From Verrucomicrobiales bacterium (GTDB taxonomy: Bacteria; Verrucomicrobiota; Verrucomicrobiia; Limisphaerales; UBA9464), in contig JAIXXC010000093.1 in the NCBI GenBank assembly GCA_027490985.1, positions 4,293-68,292 on the forward strand: 64,000 nt of DNA, given 5' to 3'. Positions 27,559 to 36,234 of this stretch are shown here, piece by piece. The position numbers and the translations under genes are program-made. How positions within the stretch are numbered: position 1 is the stretch's first letter; every line of letters begins with the position of its first letter. Below the pieces are notes generated by a model that was given only the letters and a program-made list of their open reading frames with translations, did not search any database and was not told the DNA's origin.

Positions 27559-28941
27559 TTGGCCAACCGCGAGGGGCGGAATAGGCATGGATTGCACACC
27601 GTCAGACCCATCATGAACCGTTTTCATCGGTCTCGATCCTCCTGGCCGGGAGGGGAGCCGGTGCTGCTACGGAGGTCGGCTCTGGCCTTGATCCTGGCTT
27701 TGATGACGGCCTCCACCGTGATCGGCGAGTTCCAGGGTTCGACCCACCTGGTCGAACTGGAGACCGAGGCTTTGAAGTATTCCCAGGAGCCGACCACGGG
27801 GCCGGTGGCTGGGTTGATCCGGAAGATCGAAGCGGGGAAGGCGAAGCTCGAATGGGACGCCCGATGGGGCTGGTTGCCCTCCTTCCAGAAGGCGTTGGGT
27901 GTCGAGGCCGCTTCGCAGACGCTGGTGTTCTCCAAGACCTCGCTGCAGCGCGAGCACATCCACCCCGGTAATCCGCGGGCCATCTACTTCAACGACGACG
28001 TGTACCTCGGCTACATTCCGGGATCCCCGCTGGTGGAGGTTTCGGAGGTCGATCCGCGCCTGGGGGGTGTCTTCTACGTCGTGGAGCAGAAGCCCACCGA
28101 ACGACCCGTCATCAAACGCGTCGACAACTGTCTGGAGTGCCATGCCTCCTCGCGGACGATGGGGGTTCCGGGACACCTGTTCCGCTCGGTGGAGACCGAT
28201 CGCCAGGGTGTCATCGATCTGAGCACCGGCATCGAACCCATCGACGACCGCACTCCGCTGGCCGATCGCTGGGGTGGGTGGTATGTGACCGGAACGCATG
28301 GGGCGGCCCAGCACCGGGGCAATCGATTGGGCGATGAGTTCGTCAAAGCCAAGGCCCATCCGGCCCTGGGGGGCAACAAGACCCGCTTGGACGAGTATTT
28401 CGAGGTCGCCAAATACCCCGCGGCCGGCAGCGACATCGCCGCTCTGATGGTGCTCGGCCATCAGGTGCATTTGCACAATCTCATCGCCCGCGTCCACTAC
28501 ATGGCCGTCCAGCACCTGGCCGCCTACGGTCATGTGGATTACCTCAAGTCGCCGGTCGACGGCCTGGTGAAGCAGGTGCTCATGGCGGGCGAGAGGGCGC
28601 TCGAATACCCCGTGCGGGGCGATCCGGAATATGTCCGTGCCTTCGAGAAGACCGGTCCTCGCGATCGGCGGGGGCGCTCCCTGCGGCAGTTGGACCTGCA
28701 GAACCGGCTCTTCAAGCACCCCTGCAGCTTTCTCATCCACTCCGAGGCCTTCCGGCGATTGCCCGATCCCGTGAAGCAGAAGGTCTACCGCCGCATGGCC
28801 GAGGTGTTGAGCGGGGCCGACCGCTCCGAGCCCTTCCAACACCTCTCCGCCGCCGATCGTCAGGCCATCCGGGAGATCCTCACCGACACCCTCGAAGACC
28901 TCCCGCCCGACTGGAAGGACCGGGTCCGCCCCCGAGGTTGA
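27559..28941 (+). CDS. hypothetical exported protein with a single CXXCH haem-c motif
   Basis: 460-aa ORF (alternative start MNRFH at 27613) with a signal/anchor segment LLRRSALALILALMTASTVIG. The only Cys pair is in DNCLECHAS. No family that I can name. Confidence 0.6.
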   Translation: MANREGRNRHGLHTVRPIMNRFHRSRSSWPGGEPVLLRRSALALILALMTASTVIGEFQGSTHLVELETEALKYSQEPTTGPVAGLIRKIEAGKAKLEWDARWGWLPSFQKALGVEAASQTLVFSKTSLQREHIHPGNPRAIYFNDDVYLGYIPGSPLVEVSEVDPRLGGVFYVVEQKPTERPVIKRVDNCLECHASSRTMGVPGHLFRSVETDRQGVIDLSTGIEPIDDRTPLADRWGGWYVTGTHGAAQHRGNRLGDEFVKAKAHPALGGNKTRLDEYFEVAKYPAAGSDIAALMVLGHQVHLHNLIARVHYMAVQHLAAYGHVDYLKSPVDGLVKQVLMAGERALEYPVRGDPEYVRAFEKTGPRDRRGRSLRQLDLQNRLFKHPCSFLIHSEAFRRLPDPVKQKVYRRMAEVLSGADRSEPFQHLSAADRQAIREILTDTLEDLPPDWKDRVRPRG

Positions 28942-28963
28942 ACGCCGGTTCGGCCCCGACGAC

Positions 28964-29755
28964 TCAGGCTCGACCGGGTTGCCCGAGCCAGGCCCACACA
29001 CCCGAGGGATCGTGGTAGTCGGGGATGGCGTAGTCGGCCCCGGCCTCGGTGAGGCGCTGGCGCTTGGACTCGTCCCAGCGCCCCGAGTGCCAGTGCTCCT
29101 CATCGGCGGCCACGGCGATGGCCCGGCCCCGGGCCGCCTTGGTCTCGGCGATCTCCACCGCGCCATCGCCGAAGGACACCAGCGACTGCACCGGATCCAG
29201 ACCGTGGGCTTGGACAATGTCCCGGATGGCGTTCCGCTTGTGGAAGGAGGTGTCGGTCAGACCGGTGGGTCCGTGGATGCGTTCGCCGAAGAAACCCCGG
29301 ACGCCCAGGCAATCGACCTCGGCCGACACGGCCGGGCGCGGTGTGCCGCTGACGATGTGCAGTGTGGCGCCGGCCTGACGGAATTGTTCCAGAAAGGCCC
29401 GCGCCCCGCGCACCATGTAGTGGTCGGCGGTGTGGGCTCCCTCCCGGATCGAATCCATGCGCTGGCGGATCAACCGGCCGAGTCGCTCCTGGAAGTCATC
29501 CTGATAGCGGTCGGGGTGCCAGGGGGTGCCACCGCGTTCGGCCACGAGCACTCCGAGCCGTTCCATCTGATGGATGCTGGGGCGACCGTTCAGGGCCCAG
29601 ATCTCCCGATGGGCCATGGCCGAGCGGCTCTCGGCCGACTCGCCGGCGGATGGGGGGAGGAATTCCAGCCATTGCCGCAGCATGACTTCGCCCCAGCCGG
29701 CGCGGATGAACGACAACGTGCCGTCCCAGTCGAAGACGATATGCAGGGAGTTCAT
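28964..29755 (-). CDS. HAD-family hydrolase
   Basis: 263-aa ORF with HAD motif I (VFDWDGTLS) and later motifs (VSGTP, FGDGAVE). Confidence 0.75.
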   Translation of the reverse strand: MNSLHIVFDWDGTLSFIRAGWGEVMLRQWLEFLPPSAGESAESRSAMAHREIWALNGRPSIHQMERLGVLVAERGGTPWHPDRYQDDFQERLGRLIRQRMDSIREGAHTADHYMVRGARAFLEQFRQAGATLHIVSGTPRPAVSAEVDCLGVRGFFGERIHGPTGLTDTSFHKRNAIRDIVQAHGLDPVQSLVSFGDGAVEIAETKAARGRAIAVAADEEHWHSGRWDESKRQRLTEAGADYAIPDYHDPSGVWAWLGQPGRA

Positions 29756-29756
29756 G

Positions 29757-30791
29757 TCAGAGGGTCACGGGCAACCCGGTGCGGATCGATTCGGCCTCGG
29801 CCTCGCAGACGGCGACGGCGGCCGCGCCGTCATCGGCGGTGACCACCGTGGGGGCCTTTCCGGCGCGGATCGAGTCCACGAAGTGCCGGATCTGACCGGC
29901 GTAACCATTGGGCCCATCGAGCTTCAGGGTCTCCGCCGGCTGCCCCTCCACATAGCGTCGCAGGGCTTCGGTGCCGCGTGACGAGTCGTAGTCGAGGGTG
30001 GCCCGTTCGAGCACCACGGTGTAGGCCATGCAGAATCCGAAACCCGGGGTCATGGCCCAGCTGCCCTCGGCACTCACCACGGCCCCGCTGGCCGTGTCGT
30101 ACTGCGAGAGCACGTGATCGATGCCGCCGCTCACCCGGGTGTGGCCTCGTGAAAAGACTCTGGACGGGTGGCCGAAGCAGTGACGGATGAAGTCCACATC
30201 GTGGATGTGCAGGTCGAGCAGGGCCCCGCCCGAGTCGGTCGCGCTCAGGAAGTGGCCATGCCCCCAACCGGGAGCCTGGGCCACCCGGCGGAACCGGGCG
30301 CTCAAGACCCGCCCGTAGTGCCCGCCCACGATGGCGTCATGCGCCGCCTGCCATTCCGGCCAGAATCGGAGGCACATCGCCGGCATGAGGAAGACTCCCC
30401 GGGCCGCCGCCTCGCGGGCCCCCGCGGCCAGACGCCGGCCCTCGTCGGCCGTGCGGGTCATCGGTTTCTCGACCAGCACATGCTTGCCGGCCTTGAGGGC
30501 GGCGATGGCCAGTTCGACATGGGTCTTGGTCGGCGTGGTGATGTCCACCACGTGGATCGACGGATCGGCCAGGAATTCGGACACATCGCGGTAGGCGCGA
30601 ACCTGCATCATGTCCAGGCGGACGCCATTGGGATCGCCCACGTTGCCGCCCACCCGGGTGAGATCGCCGTCGAGATTGCGACCGCTGGGGTTGCAAATGG
30701 CCCCCACCGCGGTGCCGGGCACATGGGCCAGGGCCTGAATGTGGGTCGCGGCCATGAAGCCCAGCCCCAGGAATCCGAATTGCAGCGTCAT
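29757..30791 (-). CDS. Gfo/Idh/MocA family NAD(P)-dependent oxidoreductase
   Basis: Start at MTLQFGFLGLGFMAATH (an internal ATG of ORF 29757..30827). It has a Rossmann GxGxxA motif and the EKP motif (HVLVEKPM). Its stop is 1 nt from the HAD gene start, so the two form an operon. Confidence 0.85.
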   Translation of the reverse strand: MTLQFGFLGLGFMAATHIQALAHVPGTAVGAICNPSGRNLDGDLTRVGGNVGDPNGVRLDMMQVRAYRDVSEFLADPSIHVVDITTPTKTHVELAIAALKAGKHVLVEKPMTRTADEGRRLAAGAREAAARGVFLMPAMCLRFWPEWQAAHDAIVGGHYGRVLSARFRRVAQAPGWGHGHFLSATDSGGALLDLHIHDVDFIRHCFGHPSRVFSRGHTRVSGGIDHVLSQYDTASGAVVSAEGSWAMTPGFGFCMAYTVVLERATLDYDSSRGTEALRRYVEGQPAETLKLDGPNGYAGQIRHFVDSIRAGKAPTVVTADDGAAAVAVCEAEAESIRTGLPVTL

Positions 30792-30953
30792 GGTCCCTAG
30801 GCAACCACGGGTGTCGATCGAAGACAATCCGCCGTGCCGGGTTCTGCAGCGGGATTATGGGCGCAGCGCGGTGGATCAGGAGTCGTGGTCGATGCTGAAA
30901 ATTGCGCTTCCGGTCCGCCGCGGGGCCGGGTGGAATGAAGGCGGATTTCCCGG

Positions 30954-33900
30954 ATGAGCTTTGGAACAATCAGGGCGGGTCTTGTCGGCGTGGCGCTGGC
31001 GTTGGCGGGTGTCTCGGCGGCCCTTCCGGTCGTCGGGGCGGCTCCCGGGGCGCCGTCGACCCTCAAAGCCGATCCGGCGGCGCACTGGGCGTTCCAACCC
31101 ATCTCCGACCCGCCGCCGCCCCGGGTCGTCGATGCCTCTTGGTGTCGAACCTCACTCGACCGGTTCATCCTGGCGGGCCTCGAACGTCAGGGGCGCAAGC
31201 CCGTGCCCGAGGCCGATCGGCGGACGTGGCTCCGTCGGGTCACCCTCGACCTCACGGGTCTGGCCCCGTCGGTCGAGGAGATCGAGGCCTTCGAGCGCGA
31301 TGCATCCCCCGAGGCCGCCGAGACGGTGATCGATCGCCTGCTGGCCTCGCCCCGGTATGGGGAGCGCTGGGGGCGGCACTGGTTGGATGTCGTGCGCTAT
31401 GCCGACACCGCCGGCGAGACGGCCGACTATCCGGTGCCGGTCGCCTGGCGTTACCGCAATTACGTCATCGATGCCTTCAATGCCGACAAACCCTACTTCG
31501 AGTTCATCGAGGAGCAGGTGGCCGGCGACATCCTGGCCCGGACCGGGCCCCGGGAGCGATATGCGGAGCGCGTGGCCGCCACCGGCTTCCTGGCGATCTC
31601 CCGGCGCTTCGGTTTCGATTCCGAGAATTACCATCACCTCACGCTGCAGGACACCATCGACACCCTGGGGCAAAGCGTCCTGGGGCTGACGCTGGGGTGT
31701 GCCCGGTGTCACAACCACAAGTACGACCCGGTTCCCCTTTCCGATTATTACGCCCTCTACGGGATCTTCGAGAGCACGCGGTTCGCCTTTCCCGGATCGG
31801 AACAGAAGCAGCGGACCCGGGCGATGGTGCCCTTGATTCCGCCCGAAGACTCCCTGCCGCGCTGGCGCGATTATGAACAACGCGTGGCCCGCTTGACCCG
31901 CGCGGTCCAACAAGCCGGGTTGCCCGTGCCCTCGGCGGTGCTCCGGTCCATCGACGACCTGGATGGCGATTTCGAGTTGCAGGCCCCGGCCTCGGGCGGC
32001 AGCAAGGGAGTGCTGGTGCCACCCTGGGTGTATGACGGCCCCATCGCCGTCACCACCGAGGCGCAAAGTCCGTTCCAGCATCGGTATCCCCGAGGCCGGG
32101 TCGGGGCCTCCATTCCGGCCGGATCCCGGCCGTGGCATCTGGGGCAGTCGTTGCACCGGATGGGCTCGTCGGTCGTCGAGGCTCCCCGGCTGTGGGTCGG
32201 TCTCGACCTCAAGCTCCATCCGAACCCGCCTGCCGACGCGAACGGTGGCCCGGGCGCGCACCGATTCTGGGTGGGCCGCGACGGGGGCAGGCCCGCCTGC
32301 GAAGTGCTCATCACCGCCCAAGGCCTCGCCTTGCGGATCGGCTCCGAGGCCCCGATTCCACTGGGCCCACTCACACCGGGAACGTGGGTGTCGGTGCAGC
32401 TCGAGCTCGACCGGAAGGCCCGGACCGTCCGGGTGCGACTGGGGACCCCGGGATCGATCCGGGCGGTGGGACCTCATCGGTTGGCCCCGGATTGGGATGG
32501 AACCCTCGAGTTCATGGGGTTGGGTTCCGATGAGGGCGCTCCGGGGGCGGTGACGTCCGGCAGGGCTCCAGCGCCGCGTCCGGGTCTGTGCCTCGACAAC
32601 CTGGCGATCCAGCCCGAGCCCTTCGCCCCCGTGGCCACCGAAGTGTCCCGGCCGCCCGAGGCGTCGCCGGTGGAGCGGGTGCTTTCAGAGCGGCAGGTGT
32701 TGCAGTCGGAGTTGGCCTCGCTGCGGGGCATCGACGGGGGATTCGAAGGCCAGAAGGCCGGATCTCCGCCGTCGGCCCCGTGGCGTCCGGGTCCCAACAG
32801 CCGCGTCCGCATCCGCACCGAGTCCCAAAGCCCCTTCACCGGGCCAATGCCTCGCGGAAGCCAGGGCATCCACATGCCCGGAGGGCCGGCCTACGATGGA
32901 TTCGGCCAGAGTCTTTCCCCGGGCTGGCATCGGGATCGCACGTCCCGCCTCCACGCGGTTTTCGAGTTCCGGTGCGGTGAGGTTCCCGGCGGGGGTTCCG
33001 GAGGGCCGGAGGGCAGTTGGCGATTCTACCTCGGCCATGGGCCGGGCACCTCGGCGGCGGTGGAACTGTTCATGACGGGCTCGGAACTGGTTCGCATCGA
33101 TGGGGCACGCAAGGAAGGCATCGCGCCTCTCCAGCGGGGGCGGTGGTATCGGGTGGGACTGGTGCTCGACCTCAAGGCCCGCCGTTACGAGGCGACCTTG
33201 CGGGGCGACGAGGTCGGCGCGGGAACCGGGTCGGTGGCGTTCTCGGGGGCGCTTCATCCGGCCTGGGACGGCGCCATCGACGATGTCTTCATCGACAGCT
33301 ACGGGCATCTCCCCGGGCCGAAGCCGGCCCTGGATGCCGACAATTTCGGGCTGCAGGAAGCCGCCTGGCCGCCGGCCGATGCCGTGGCGGTGGCCGAGAC
33401 CGCCGCGTCGGCCGACCATCGCCGTCGCCGGGTGGACCGGATCGAAGCCCGTCTGAAGGCCCTGCAGGCCGAGGCCGAGCTCGCCGCCCGCGACTTGGAA
33501 CAGCTCCTGGTCGAAGGTCCCTTCCCGTTGGCCTATGGTGTGGCCGAGGGCACGCCCCGGGATGCCGTGATCCAGGTGCGGGGTGAACCCGATCAGCCCG
33601 GGGCGCGGGTCCAGCGCGGCGCCTTGTCGGCCCTGGGAGCAGTGAAAATGACCCCGGCCCCGGCCGCCAGCGGTCGCCTCGAACTGGCCCGCTGGTTGAC
33701 TCATCCGGCCAATCCGTTGCCGGCGCGGGTGATGGTCAACCGCATCTGGCAGCAGCATTTCGGCCGCGGATTGGTGGTCACCGCCAACGATTTCGGCCTT
33801 CGCGGACAGGCTCCGACCCATCCGGAGTTGTTGGACCATCTGGCCTCGGAATTCCGGCGCTCGGGCGGTTCGGTCAAGGCGCTCCACCGGCTCATCCTCT

Positions 33901-34628
33901 CGAGCGCGGTCTACCGTCAACGCAGTGAACCCGAATCGTGGGTGGCCCCCGGTGCCGCGGTCCGGTCGACGCAGGAACCGGAGGCCTGCCCCGTCGACGC
34001 CCCCGCCGGATCGGGTGTGACGCGCGGGGGAGTGTCGAAGGCCGACGGGTCGGAGGGATTCTCACCGTTTCCCCGGCGTCGCCTCGGAGCCGAAGAAACC
34101 CGGGATGTCCTGCTGGAGGCCTGCGGTGAGCTCGAGTTGTCGGTCGGCGAGGGGCACCCGTTCCCGTCGCCCACCGTGTGGGGGTACACCCAGCATGGTC
34201 CCTACGTGGCCTCGTACGACCACGCTCGCCGCAGCGTGTACCTCATGACCCAGCGCATCCAACGCCATCCGTTCCTGGCGCTGTTCGACGGGGCCGATCC
34301 CAACGCCAGCACCGCCGTCCGCCGCACCACCACGGTGCCTTCGCAAGCGCTGTTCTTCCTGAACGATCCGACGGTCCACCATCAGGCCGAGCGGCTGGCC
34401 CGATGGGCATTCCGGCAGGAGGCCACCGAGGCGGGCCAGGTCGGGTTCGTCTTCCGGCGGGTCCTCCGACGTGACCCCGAACCCGCCGAGTCGGCCGAAG
34501 CGGCCGCATTCCTCGCCCGGTACCGCGATGCCTTGGGATCCCCGTCGTCCTCGGAGTCCCGGTCGCGGGCTCTGGCGGCCTGGATCCGGGTCCTTCTGGG
34601 GAGCAACGAATTCCTGACCGTCGATTAG
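30954..34628 (+). CDS. DUF1549 (PSCyt2) / DUF1553 (PSD1) domain protein with a large beta-sandwich + coiled-coil insert
   Basis: 1224-aa ORF with a signal peptide. The DUF1549 region reads RFILAGLERQG...RRVTLDLTGLAPSVEEIEAFERD...RYGERWGRHWLDVVRYADT...GCARCHNHKYDP. The DUF1553 region reads ARVMVNRIWQQHFGRGLVVTANDFGLRGQAPTHPELLDHLA. Confidence 0.85.
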   Translation: MSFGTIRAGLVGVALALAGVSAALPVVGAAPGAPSTLKADPAAHWAFQPISDPPPPRVVDASWCRTSLDRFILAGLERQGRKPVPEADRRTWLRRVTLDLTGLAPSVEEIEAFERDASPEAAETVIDRLLASPRYGERWGRHWLDVVRYADTAGETADYPVPVAWRYRNYVIDAFNADKPYFEFIEEQVAGDILARTGPRERYAERVAATGFLAISRRFGFDSENYHHLTLQDTIDTLGQSVLGLTLGCARCHNHKYDPVPLSDYYALYGIFESTRFAFPGSEQKQRTRAMVPLIPPEDSLPRWRDYEQRVARLTRAVQQAGLPVPSAVLRSIDDLDGDFELQAPASGGSKGVLVPPWVYDGPIAVTTEAQSPFQHRYPRGRVGASIPAGSRPWHLGQSLHRMGSSVVEAPRLWVGLDLKLHPNPPADANGGPGAHRFWVGRDGGRPACEVLITAQGLALRIGSEAPIPLGPLTPGTWVSVQLELDRKARTVRVRLGTPGSIRAVGPHRLAPDWDGTLEFMGLGSDEGAPGAVTSGRAPAPRPGLCLDNLAIQPEPFAPVATEVSRPPEASPVERVLSERQVLQSELASLRGIDGGFEGQKAGSPPSAPWRPGPNSRVRIRTESQSPFTGPMPRGSQGIHMPGGPAYDGFGQSLSPGWHRDRTSRLHAVFEFRCGEVPGGGSGGPEGSWRFYLGHGPGTSAAVELFMTGSELVRIDGARKEGIAPLQRGRWYRVGLVLDLKARRYEATLRGDEVGAGTGSVAFSGALHPAWDGAIDDVFIDSYGHLPGPKPALDADNFGLQEAAWPPADAVAVAETAASADHRRRRVDRIEARLKALQAEAELAARDLEQLLVEGPFPLAYGVAEGTPRDAVIQVRGEPDQPGARVQRGALSALGAVKMTPAPAASGRLELARWLTHPANPLPARVMVNRIWQQHFGRGLVVTANDFGLRGQAPTHPELLDHLASEFRRSGGSVKALHRLILSSAVYRQRSEPESWVAPGAAVRSTQEPEACPVDAPAGSGVTRGGVSKADGSEGFSPFPRRRLGAEETRDVLLEACGELELSVGEGHPFPSPTVWGYTQHGPYVASYDHARRSVYLMTQRIQRHPFLALFDGADPNASTAVRRTTTVPSQALFFLNDPTVHHQAERLARWAFRQEATEAGQVGFVFRRVLRRDPEPAESAEAAAFLARYRDALGSPSSSESRSRALAAWIRVLLGSNEFLTVD

Positions 34629-34656
34629 CCCTGGCAATCCCCTTCCGACGCACCCC

Positions 34657-36084
34657 ATGAACTCCCACGCCGCCTTCGATCCCCGCCGCCGCGGTTTCCT
34701 GCGCTCCATGGTGGGCGGCTCGATGCTCTTCCCGGGCATCGTCCGCGATCTTCTGGGCCGGGAGGCCGGTCTGTCGGGATCGCCGGGAACGGGGGGCGAT
34801 CCGCTGATTCCGCGGGCCCCCCATTTCGCCCCCAAGGCCAAGCGGGTGATCTTCCTGTACATGAGTGGTGGGGTCTCCCATGTCGATTCGTGGGATCCCA
34901 AGCCGCGGCTCTTCGCCGATGCCGGCAAGACGGTGACCGTCGACGAGTTCCAGGGGCGCAAGGGTGATTTCACCATGTACGCCAAGCGGCCCCAGTGGGA
35001 GTTCGCCCGGCATGGCCGCTGCGGCACCGAGGTCAGTGGTCTCTTTCCCCACATGGCCCGGTGTGTCGACGAACTGTGTGTCATCCGCTCGATGACCTCC
35101 GACCACACCAACCACTACGAGGCCACTCTGGGCATTCACACCGGTTCGTTCACCTTCGCCCGGCCCAGCATCGGATCCTGGGTGAGCTATGGGTTGGGCA
35201 CCGAGAACAGCAATCTGCCCTCGTTCGTGGTCATCGCTCCCAAGAGCCCGTATGCCGGGGGGCAGGTCTGGGCCAGTGATTTCCTGCCGGGGGCCCATCA
35301 GGGCACCTGGGTGGTGCCGGGTCAGGAGCCCGTGGCCAACCTGCGGAGGCGCTCGCCGTCGGAGGAGCTTCAGGCCCTCGAGCTGGCCGCCATGAACCGC
35401 CTCAACCTCCGGCATCGGTCCGCCCGTCCCTCCGATCCGCTGCTGGCGGCCCGGATGAAGTCCTTCGAGACGGCCTTCGGCATGCAGATGGAATTGCCCG
35501 ATCTCTTCGACCTGTCGCGGGAAAGCGACGCCACCCATGCCCTCTACGGCCTGGAACGGGGCAGCACGCGCGGCTTCGGCTGGCAGTGCCTGGTGGCCCG
35601 ACGCCTGGCCGAACGGGGGGTCCGGTTCATCGAATTGATCGATTCGGGCTCCTCCGACAACTGGGATGCCCACGGCGACATGACCTTGCACGGCCCCTTG
35701 GCGGCCAATGTGGACCGGCCGATCGCCGGATTGCTCCAAGACCTGCGACAACGCGGCCTGCTCGAAGACACCCTGGTGGTGTGGACCACCGAATTCGGCC
35801 GCACCCCCTTCAACGCCACGGCCGATCACCGGGGCCGAGAACATCACCACTGGGTGTTCTCGTCGTGGCTGGCCGGGGCCGGGGTGAAGGCCGGGACGGT
35901 CTACGGCGCCTCCGACGATCTGGGGATCCGGGTGGCCACCGACCGGGTCCATGTCCACGACTTCCACGCCACCGTCCTCCACCTCCTGGGGTTCGACCAC
36001 GAGCGGTTGACCCATCACCACAATGGGCGTGATTACCGCCTGACCGATGTGGCGGGCGAGGTGGTGAAGGGGGTGCTCGCCTGA
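34657..36084 (+). CDS. DUF1501 domain protein (sulfatase-like fold) with Tat signal
   Basis: 475-aa ORF with a Tat leader (DPRRRGFLRSMVGGS). DUF1501 motifs are present: VIFLYMSGGVSHVDSWDPKP, SMTSDHTNH, GSSDNWDAHGD and WTTEFGRTP. It is the canonical partner of the upstream DUF1549/1553 gene. Confidence 0.9.
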   Translation: MNSHAAFDPRRRGFLRSMVGGSMLFPGIVRDLLGREAGLSGSPGTGGDPLIPRAPHFAPKAKRVIFLYMSGGVSHVDSWDPKPRLFADAGKTVTVDEFQGRKGDFTMYAKRPQWEFARHGRCGTEVSGLFPHMARCVDELCVIRSMTSDHTNHYEATLGIHTGSFTFARPSIGSWVSYGLGTENSNLPSFVVIAPKSPYAGGQVWASDFLPGAHQGTWVVPGQEPVANLRRRSPSEELQALELAAMNRLNLRHRSARPSDPLLAARMKSFETAFGMQMELPDLFDLSRESDATHALYGLERGSTRGFGWQCLVARRLAERGVRFIELIDSGSSDNWDAHGDMTLHGPLAANVDRPIAGLLQDLRQRGLLEDTLVVWTTEFGRTPFNATADHRGREHHHWVFSSWLAGAGVKAGTVYGASDDLGIRVATDRVHVHDFHATVLHLLGFDHERLTHHHNGRDYRLTDVAGEVVKGVLA

Positions 36085-36138
36085 ACCGTCCCACCGGGAC
36101 CGCCATCCGAGGATTTACACTCCGGACGGCCGTCCGCG

Positions 36139-36168
36139 TTTGACATTGTGAACGCCCCTTCCTTAACT
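36139..36168 (+). promoter_or_regulatory. candidate sigma70-type promoter for the gspE-pilT-gspE-gspF operon
   Basis: A perfect TTGACA (36139..36144) is followed after 18 nt by TTAACT (36163..36168), about 65 nt upstream of the GTG start at 36235. It is immediately preceded by the 14-bp palindrome CGGACGGCCGTCCG (36123..36136). Confidence 0.35.
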
Positions 36169-36234
36169 CACCCGCACTTCTTCCCGAGGCCATCGCTCTC
36201 CTGAGCTTGGCCGACGGAAAATCCTGAGGACACC

